Of a DNA stretch of 17,099 nt, positions 9,966 to 17,099 are shown piece by piece (positions within the stretch are counted from its first letter, which is position 1; each line of letters opens with the position of its first letter). The translations under genes were made by a program, and so were the position numbers. The notes below the pieces were generated by a model. The model had not been told where the DNA came from. It did no database searches and worked only from the letters and a program-made list of their open reading frames with translations. The DNA comes from Anthoceros angustus (Eukaryota > Plantae > Anthocerotophyta), in contig VJWM01000406.1 in the NCBI GenBank assembly GCA_010909165.1, positions 1-17,099 on the forward strand. The letters run 5' to 3'.

Positions 9966-10964
9966 TGGCAGCACCTCCACCTCCAAGCCCGCCGACAACC
10001 ATTTTGGCACCTTACCGTGAGGAGGAGAGGAGGATTATGGCCCGCCACATGAGGCCTGTACTGTCCATTGTCTTGTGGATTCCACGCCTGATTCCCCCTA
10101 CCCGCCACATGGGTAGGATGTGACTTGAAGAAGGTGCATTTGGATGTTGCACCGGGGATGCCGATCCCTTACTGCAACAAAGAGCGAGGGCTGCCATGCC
10201 TAGATCCTTTGCTCATGCCGCCAGGCGTGGCCATCCCCTGTTCGGATGTGGATCATCCGGATGGAGCGCCGAGTGAGCAGCCTCCACATTCGAGTCATGG
10301 GGCACCGCCGAATGTGCGTACAAGATCTACCACCGGCGACACCCGACCTTGATCATGCGCAAGGTGTTGGAGACCTTGATCTCCCTCCGTGACATGGGAG
10401 TTATGGGCGCCACTGGGCTTGGCATTGGCCTCCGTCTCCCCATACTCTGACCGCCGAGAGTCCTGCCGACACTGGGCCCCATGCATGGGGCTGGGACACC
10501 TCAACAGCGGCACACCACAGCTCCATGTTCAGTCGCTGGGAGAGCCCCAAAGATTGGGATTCTCCACCCCATACTCGGACAGGGAGAGTCTCAACATCGA
10601 CTTCCCATACTGGATCACGAGGGAATCTTTTGGTCCTCAACAGCCCCACACTGACCGACAAAGAGCCCCAATGCCAAGCACCTTCAGCTCCATGCCAAGG
10701 ATCTGAGGAGAGAAACCCATCATCGGACTCAGCCCCATACTCGGACACGGACCGCCGGTGGATCCCACATGGGCAGCCTCACCCGACGCTTCAGGCGTAT
10801 TGCCCACCACCATCGACCATGTTACGATGGTGGAGTGAGACAGGTGCCACCCACAGCCATGAGGAGGGCCAGCCACTTGAGGGCGATGCGCCTTATGTCC
10901 CCAACACATGGAGTACTGGAGCACCTCGTGATTCCCCACCAATCGCATGAATGTGCGAGTGAGC

Positions 10965-11310
10965 AATGCCATGGTGGACAATAGGGAAGGCCATGTCACG
11001 GTGAATGGCTATGCTCCCAAGCTTGTGTTTGGACACGGGCATGGCCGTGATCATTGGCAAGGCTCGCCGCTAGGTTGAACTTGCGGGGAACGGCACTCCG
11101 CCATTCACCGAACATCAGGACAGCTCGCGCTGTGGAACTGTGTGGAGAGACTTTCAGCCACGCCATCACGCTCAAGCCCGGATACCGCCATGACATTGGC
11201 CATTCATTGCCTTGTCACGACATGCCACCGATGTCCTTCGGACAGGAGTTTTGTTTCCACCGCATCAGCGTGGACAATTGGACGAGCAAGCTCACTATCG
11301 CCTGATTGGC
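10965..11310 (+). CDS. pol: Aspartic protease (copy C), frameshifted
   Basis: MVDNREGHVTVNGYAPKLV.LDTG (DTG at 11032-11040)..VIIGK, ITLKPG and FGQEF..SVDNW. Aligns with 5795-6170. Confidence 0.85.
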
Positions 11311-11649
11311 GTAGTGGAGGCCGCAAGTGGCGACTTTCCCTTGAACTGCATGGCGGATTGATACCGAGGTCGCCACCGCCCTAGCTACTCCACCCTTATG
11401 GCGACCATTCGTGCTGTCCCCGGTGCTCACCGGCCAGCATTTGAGTGACATGTCGGAGCTTGCCGACTTGGATCCGTATCACGAGGCCGACCATTTGGTC
11501 AAGCTGCCTAGGAGACACTCCACCATCATTCAAGTGTCCGACCTGGTTCAGCAAGCTCTTCCACGAGTGCAGCAAGCTCGTAGCTTCAAAGACTTCATGA
11601 CAGCATCCTCCACCACGATGAGCCAAGATCATCACGTGACGCGCCCACT

Positions 11650-12540
11650 GCATTACTTTTGGAACTGCTTTGGGGTATTTGCATGTGTCTGGAGGCCCTT
11701 TGCTGAATGGCATCTTGGTCTGCCGTTACATTTATTGTGACCATTGTCCCAAGGCGCAATGCATTGCCGCCGCTTCGTGGAGCTGGCAGCGATTCCTTCA
11801 CTACTTCCCGCCAATGCTATCTCGTGCACCTTTCTACAAGGCCCCAAGACATCCAGCTGAGCCACATTCAGCTCGCCCCATCCACTTCGTGATTGCGGAT
11901 GGGAATGCCAAGGATTTTCTCAAGCCAAGACAGGGGAGGATTACAAGACCCACGAACCGCCTTGTTTTGGGACCTTCACCGCATCTTGGTGGATGTTCAA
12001 GACTTCAGCCCCGGCTGCGCTTTGCTGGAGAACACCCCGCCACCGGACACTGGCTGCAAGTTCGCCAAGACATGGCCATCATCCAAAGAGCATGTGGCAC
12101 GCCCTGCTCATGGATGCTGTCCCAGTTGGCGCTGCTCATCGCGCGAAACTATTGGACCAACCTGGCCCCTCAACCTTGCTAGAGTTGGTGGTCACCCGAC
12201 TACTCGGGACCCCACTCAAGCTCTCCGATGTGTTGGACCTTGGCATCAGCCACGGCTGTGACAGTGCCGAGCTGCACCTTGGTACAAGACCAACACGCCG
12301 GACAGCAGCACTTCCCACCCTAGTGAGCTTTCCTGCCCTATGCCTACAGGGACAAGGCGTGTCTTATTCAACAGCAAAGAACACCCACCAAAGTGGGAGG
12401 AGCCCAATGTGGAGGAGCGGGAGCGTCATGGGTTTCCACACCCATGCCACCGCAGCCCCTGTTACCGAGTGTCCACCTGGGCCGCCTTGGGCTGCATGGA
12501 TCCGCACCCTCACTTGGCTCATCAGCATATGTCCGCCTTT
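11650..12540 (+). CDS. Dnmt3-like C5-cytosine DNA methyltransferase domain embedded in pol between protease and RT (frameshifted)
   Basis: Motif I ITLLEL(F/L)xG..CLEAL.LNGILVCRYIYCD (~11652-11740). Motif IV GWECQGFS (11897-11920). GLQDPRTALFWD. Motif VI LLENT (12022-12036). Motif VIII GAAHRA(R)NYWTNL (~12128-12165; human DNMT3A has AAHRARYFWGNL). WEEPNVEERER.MGF (~12395-12435; cf. EMERVFGF). Motif X LG.CMD...LTWLI (~12487-12523). Confidence 0.88.
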
Positions 12541-12879
12541 CAGCTGTTGGCATTCCTCTGGAGCTCCCACCCGCCCTGAGGTCCTTTTCCCACATGCTAC
12601 CGACGCTGGCCCATTTGCCCTTCCCGGATACACCACTGTCATATTGGCTTGATGGGTGGGGAGGTGGCATGGCCATCCCCTGCAGATTCTCAAGATCAAG
12701 CTCGTGGACATGGGGAAGTCAACTGGGATGCCCCTGGTATGGGACGCCCCGAGTATGGGATGCCCGGAGTAGGGACTCCTAATCAGCCAGACCCAAGCCT
12801 CGCTATGTGTTGAGACTTTCTGGGGTCATCCCCAACTCACAACGGTAGCATGTATATGCCCTTTGCTCCAAATACCGTG

Positions 12880-13730
12880 ACTGCTTTTGCCTTCTCCATG
12901 GAATTGAAGCGATGTAATGTGACCACCTTCCGCATCAATCCCACCAGCAAGGAGCCCATCACTGAGGATGCCACAGCTCAAAGAACCGAGGGACATGGTG
13001 GATGCACGTCAAGAGTTGCTTGAAGCCGGGCTCATTCGCCTCTAGCTCCGACTATGTCACATGTTGATGCCTCCCAAGAAGGACAGCAACGGATGTGGAC
13101 AGAGAAGAGGATGTGCGGAGACTACCGTCCTATCAACGCTGACAGCCTCAGGATCGCACCCCATGCCCGGAGGAGATTTTCACAACATTGGCAAGTCTAC
13201 CTACTTCGATTTTGATTTAAGGCCAAGGCTTCAACTGTGCTCGCTTGAAGAGGACATCAAGAAGACAGCCTTCCACGGCTCTCAACAGCTGTGGAATGGC
13301 TGGTGATGCCTTTGGCTTCAAGAACGCGCCTTGACATTCCGTAATGGACATAGTACTTGGCATCCAACCTCATGTGCTACATTGATGATGTCCTGGTCCA
13401 CGCGAGGACTTTGAGTCTCATTTGGTGCACTTTGGAAGATCTGCTCAAGAGATTGCGAAGGCGCAGCTTGACATGTCACCCGCTCCAAGTGTGAATTTGG
13501 CATGGACACCGTGGCATACCTTGGTCAGGGTGTGCTCGCGGCCATGCCTCATGCTGCCAAGGTAAAAGCATCTTGCAGTAGAGCCCAAACCTCTCCGCGA
13601 GCTTCTCGCCTATGCAACTATTACATACATTCTGGACTTCAGAATTGCCAAGCATCCGAATGACTTGTCATGAAGGATGTTGTTTGGGCCTGGACAGAGA
13701 AGACCCAGTAAGCTCGACACGCTGAAACCG
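12880..13730 (+). CDS. pol: Reverse transcriptase (frameshifted)
   Basis: ELLEAGLIR, MPPKKD, RMCGDYRPIN (13108-13137), EDIKKTAF, MPFGFKNAP and catalytic YIDD (13378-13389), then ..EFGMDTVAYLG. Confidence 0.92.
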
Positions 13731-13769
13731 AGCTTGACTAAGCCCTGTCATGGCTGACTCGATTTCCAA

Positions 13770-14045
13770 GCCGCTTGTGGTACATACGGACTGGAGCATC
13801 TCAGCCTAGGGGCTGTGCTAGCCCAAGAAGATGAAGATGGAAAGGAACGGGTGGTTACAGATGCTCGCAGCAACAATCGGTTGAAGCCAACCATGAGCTA
13901 CCAAGGGGAGTGTCTAGTCAGATAAGGGCTTGTCATTTTAGGCCCTACAATGTATGGCAAGCCTTCACAAGTCATCGACCATCGCCCCTCAAATGGCTGA
14001 TGACCAACACCAAGTTGAGTGGGAAGCTTGCAAGGTGGGCCATCT
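13770..14045 (+). CDS. pol: RNase H (copy C), 3'-truncated
   Basis: VVHTDWS..LGAVLAQEDEDGKERVV...SNNR....SYQGECL...KWLMTNTKLSGKLARWA. Segment 13861-14045 is close to 3-190 at the DNA level apart from indels. Confidence 0.9.
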
Positions 14046-14049
14046 CACC

Positions 14050-14220
14050 TCATCAAGCTCGGTGACATGGGAAATGAACCTCAGGGATAGCCCGAGTATG
14101 GGACCGTCCTTATATGGGACAGCTCCTATAGTGGACTTAATTCCTTACCGACCCAAGCCTATGTCGAGACTGTTGGGTCATGGGGCCCCAACTCACAACA
14201 AGGCGTAAAGATGTATGTCG
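14050..14220 (+). repeat. Diverged duplicate of the MTase-RT linker (paralogous to ~12695-12860)
   Basis: atcaagctcg..gacatggg, cccgagtatggga, gacccaagcct, gagact.t..gggtcat and cccaactcacaac match in order. Confidence 0.7.
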
Positions 14221-14562
14221 AAACGTGAAAAGTTTGGGAGTCCTTGTCCCAGTATGAGCTTGTCTGGGCAACCCACCAATCTTAATCGGAGGGATCAGGG
14301 ACTCGCCATGTCCTGGGATGGGACTCCTGTGAGTCCTCAATTGTGGAACCCGCCGCCATGTCCCATGGCGACACCCCCGGTTGTGGCTTCCTGCCTCACA
14401 TGTGCTGATTATCGGCGGCCCAAGATTCGTACCGCCAGAGCCCGACCTGGGCTGTGTGGAGTATGAGTCTCGCCAAAGGTCCCAAAGAACAAAGTATGCT
14501 GGGAGCATCCGCCTCCCCACCATTGAAGCTTGTGTGTCTGAAGGCGCCGCCCGGAGAGGCAG

Positions 14563-14684
14563 CACATAGTGGGACATACCTCCGCAGTGAGAGAGGCGGC
14601 CGCGTAGCAAAATAGGTGGTATCCGCCAAGGTGCTTCGCACAGCAGATCAGCTGTGGTCAGCTCTGCCTCCTTCGCAAAGTGCA
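14563..14684 (-). pseudogene. Degenerate PHD finger copy
   Basis: Reverse complement contains gatctgctgtgcgaa...ggataccacctattttgct...cggccgcctctctca...tgtcccactatgtgc, homologous to 1633-1756 (GYHLFC..RPPLS..CPLC). Confidence 0.65.
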
Positions 14685-14899
14685 TGGTGTACGGAGGTAC
14701 CCAATCACCGGTGACAATGGTTGGATCAGTTGGGCAAAGGCAGCACAATTTTTTCTGCGATCCTTGGTAGTACGTCCATCCGATCCTTAGCACTAGCACA
14801 CCATTCTCTGAGACCAACTCGCATGACATGTCGACCGGGTGGTGGTGCTGGCGGTGTTTCTAAGGAAGCTCGCAAGGCAAACAAAGTCCCCCACCGAAG

Positions 14900-15742
14900 G
14901 GATCCTGAATGGCGAATCACGAATTTCTGAAGATTTCAGCTTTAGTTTCATACTACCGGGCTGGAGCTCATCGAGCCTACGCCTTGTAGGGAAGCACGCT
15001 ATGAGTAAAACACATGATCTAATCGATCTTGGATTTCCGACAAGGGTCTACAAAGTGCTTTCTCCCTAATGCCAAGCCGCCTGCACGATTGCCCAAGATC
15101 ACCTCCTGCTCTTGCCCCACGTGTCCTCATTCCCGCCATCATCTCCACGCCCGCTCACTTCTCGATTCCCAGATGTTTGGCGCCATGATGCGAAAGCAAC
15201 CTCACGCCCTGGTGCTCCTCCCACGTTGATCGTGTGCCTTGTTTGGGTTTGGGTCCAGCTTTGGTTTCACACCTAAACTAAGTGGCTTGCTCTAGCCTAC
15301 CTAGTTATCCGCTCATAACGGATCATTTCATAACTAGTATTTTGATGAATTTTTGACTATGGGTCCAATCCAAAATAAAGGATATGTTTTCATGTCCTTG
15401 GTTAATGAAAATGCCTAACCAAACGTAGTATATAAAAGCAAGCATACATCGAGTCTACATTCTTGCATGCTGCATCTAGTTCTTGTGTCGACATTGGGCC
15501 GGTGGTCACATCACCCGGCAGCCCGGGTAATCCCGTGGATCTGCAATGTCCCATGGCCGCCCAATCCCGGCCGGTCCTTGTGGACCGCTTATGTCCCATG
15601 GCGATACCGACAGCCCTTGTGGGACGGATGGTATATGGCACACCCCGGCCGTCTTACTGATTACCATGTCCCATGGTCGATGTTCTGCCGTCCTACGTGG
15701 GACGCATGTACCATAACAGGCCGGCCTTGGCAACCTCGAACA
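14900..15742 (-). repeat. Complete LTR copy, minus strand
   Basis: Starts TGTTCGAGGTTGCCAAG on the minus strand at 15742. Long near-identical stretches with 2360-2940, e.g. tttgggtttgggtccagctttggtttcacacctaaactaagtggct. Confidence 0.75.
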
Positions 15743-16086
15743 CCGCCGTGAAACGTGAAAAGTTTGGGAGTCCTGTCCCAGTATGAGCTTGTCTGGGCAC
15801 CCACCAATCTTAATCGTGGAGGACTGTGGGATCGCCATGTCTCAAGGCCGGACACCCGTCCTGCCGGAATCGCTATGTCCCATGGCAGGGATGCCCGTTG
15901 TGGCTTCCTTGCCTCACGTGCCTGCCTTATCGGGCCCAAGATTGGACTGAGCCCGACTAAGTGTAAAGTTTCGGCACCCAGGCGAGTCTACGGAAGGTCC
16001 CCTTGTAAAGAACAGTATGTCGAGAGCATCTGCCCTACCCCCTGACATTGAAGCTTGTGTGCTAAGGCCGAGGCCGCCGGAGAGGC

Positions 16087-16210
16087 ACATAGGATAATAC
16101 CACAGCCCGCACTTGAGAGAGAGCGTACTGCGAAGCAAAATAGGTGGTATCCGCTGCAAAGGGTCGTGACAAGAAAGCGTACTGTGGTCGCCTGCCCTCC
16201 CGCAACCGCA
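16087..16210 (-). pseudogene. Degenerate PHD finger copy
   Basis: Minus-strand ORFs give WVPPADYPC..CGR and LCSGYHLFC, followed by WYYPMC. Homologous to 1633-1756. Confidence 0.7.
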
Positions 16211-16430
16211 TGGGTAATCAGCCGGAGGTACCCAATCATCGTGACAATGGTTGGATCCAAAGTTGGGCAAATGGCAAGGCGCATAATTTTTCATGTGATC
16301 CTTGGTGGTACGTCCATCTCGATCTTAGCACTGCACACCATTCTCCTTGACCTCCCGAACCCAGCACATGTCGTGGTGGTGGTGTCAAGGGTGTCTCCAC
16401 TTGCTTGCAAGTAAACAAAGTCCCCACCGA

Positions 16431-16722
16431 AGGGATCCGCGCAATGGCGTGGAATCACGATTTCTTGAAGATTTCTTGGCCAGCCTTAGTTTTGGCCGAG
16501 TCAGAATCGAGCCTGGCTTTAGGGAAGCACGCTGAGTAAAACAATGATCTAATCGATCGGATTTTACTGCAAGGGTTCACAAAGTGCTTTCCTCCTAACC
16601 GCGCGCGCCTCACGATTTGAAGACTACTGCCCTTGCCCCACGGTCCTCATTCCCGCCGCCATCATCTCCACGCTCCGCCCACTCGATTCCAGCTGATGTT
16701 TGCGCCATGATGCGAAAGCAAC
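16431..16722 (-). repeat. Partial LTR (3' part), cut at the junction with bacterial DNA
   Basis: Matches 14895-15200 (e.g. aaagtgcttt, cctcattcccgcc, ctcgattcc, cgccatgatgcgaaagcaac). Confidence 0.8.
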
Positions 16723-17099
16723 AGTAGTGTCAATTCCTTTAGGCTATTTTGGAGGAATTGGCTTAGCATCAAGAAATGGAATACTCTTTAAAGGAGGCAA
16801 CTTTTTAGATGTTATGACTAAGATTAATACTATAGTAATGGATAAGACTGGCACGCTTACAAAGGCGTGTTTAAAGTGCAAGAAGTTGTACCAATAAACA
16901 TAAGCAAAGAGGAACTTTTAAGGTTGACAGCAGCATTAGAAAAAACTCAACACATCCAATAGCAAAAGCTATAACTGACTATGTAGGAATCAGGCAAATA
17001 TTGTACAGGTTGAAGGTGCAGAAGAAATATCAGGTCATGGATTGAAAGGCACTATAGAAGGTAAGCAAGTATTGGCAGGTAACTTAAAATTGTTACAAA
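16723..17099 (+). CDS. Internal fragment of a bacterial P1B-type heavy-metal (Zn/Cd/Pb, CadA/ZntA-like) P-type ATPase, Bacteroidota-like
   Basis: [46 protein letters not shown], with the phosphorylation motif at 16841-16861. Restoring one A at each of three A-runs gives KGVFKVQEV...[13 protein letters not shown]...[25 protein letters not shown]. It is sharply more AT-rich than the rest of the window. The Bacteroidota assignment is from recalled family resemblance only. Confidence 0.9.

Larger units (their letters stand above)
6781..14045 (+). mobile_element. 5' ~7.3 kb of a Ty3/gypsy element (copy C): LTR - leader - gag - protease - Dnmt3-like MTase - RT - RNase H; integrase missing
   Basis: Ordered domain motifs are listed in the component features. 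It ends abruptly in RNase H at ~14045. Confidence 0.9.
14221..16722 (-). mobile_element. Minus-strand tandem run of the gypsy 3' end: partial LTR - integrase tail/PHD/3'UTR - LTR - integrase tail/PHD/3'UTR
   Basis: Reverse complement of 16430-15743 and of 14900-14221 aligns to 1417-2090. 15742-14900 aligns to 2091-2940. 16722-16431 aligns to ~2645-2940. Confidence 0.85.

Noticed and set aside
11650-12540. Bacterial or phage restriction-modification methyltransferase
   Set aside because: It lies between a gypsy protease and RT, the same context recurs at 6565, its motifs are DNMT3-like, and there is no neighbouring nuclease.
230-13509. Numerous short minus-strand ORFs, and LTR ORFs such as 1906..2430 and 7395..7733
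   Set aside because: They are antisense or off-frame shadows of GC-rich gag/pol or repeat DNA, show no recognisable motifs, and are not conserved in frame between paralogous copies.
2091-15742. DIRS-type element with inverted terminal repeats (LTR copies in opposite orientation)
   Set aside because: A DDE integrase and an aspartic protease are present and no tyrosine recombinase was seen. The inversion includes integrase-tail sequence, so it is a separate inverted fragment.
1-16722. Assigning a specific host species or a named element family
   Set aside because: The architecture suggests a streptophyte, but naming it requires a database search that I cannot run.
16700-16897. ORF 16700..16897 as a real LTR-ATPase fusion gene
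   Set aside because: The start codon lies in antisense LTR DNA, the ATPase lacks all its N-terminal transmembrane helices, and the frame is a chance result of the junction.

Overview
About 16.7 kb (1-16722) is a mosaic of heavily indel-disrupted eukaryotic Ty3/gypsy LTR-retrotransposon pieces. The last ~380 bp is an abrupt AT-rich bacterial P1B-type heavy-metal ATPase fragment. Layout: (A) 1-~2935, 3' half of a copy: RNase H, integrase, PHD finger, 3' UTR, LTR. A partial re-run of the 3' UTR follows at ~2945-3232. (B) ~3233-6780, a copy with gag (two CCHC knuckles), aspartic protease and the N-terminus of a C5-cytosine methyltransferase, cut by an LTR at ~6781. (C) ~6781-14045, a copy with 5' LTR, leader, gag, protease, a full set of Dnmt3-like methyltransferase motifs, RT and RNase H. 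(D) 14221-16722, minus strand, a tandem run of the element's 3' end (LTR / integrase tail+PHD / LTR / integrase tail+PHD). The main result is a retrotransposon family whose pol carries a DNA-methylation writer (Dnmt3-like domain between protease and RT) and a putative histone-mark reader (PHD after integrase). Dnmt3-bearing gypsy elements are known from streptophyte algae, so a streptophyte host (moss, other bryophyte or charophyte) is likely, but I cannot name the host from sequence alone. All domain calls come from manual frame-stitching across frameshifts. The error pattern suggests noisy long-read data, and some junctions may be artefacts. LTR and domain boundaries are approximate.
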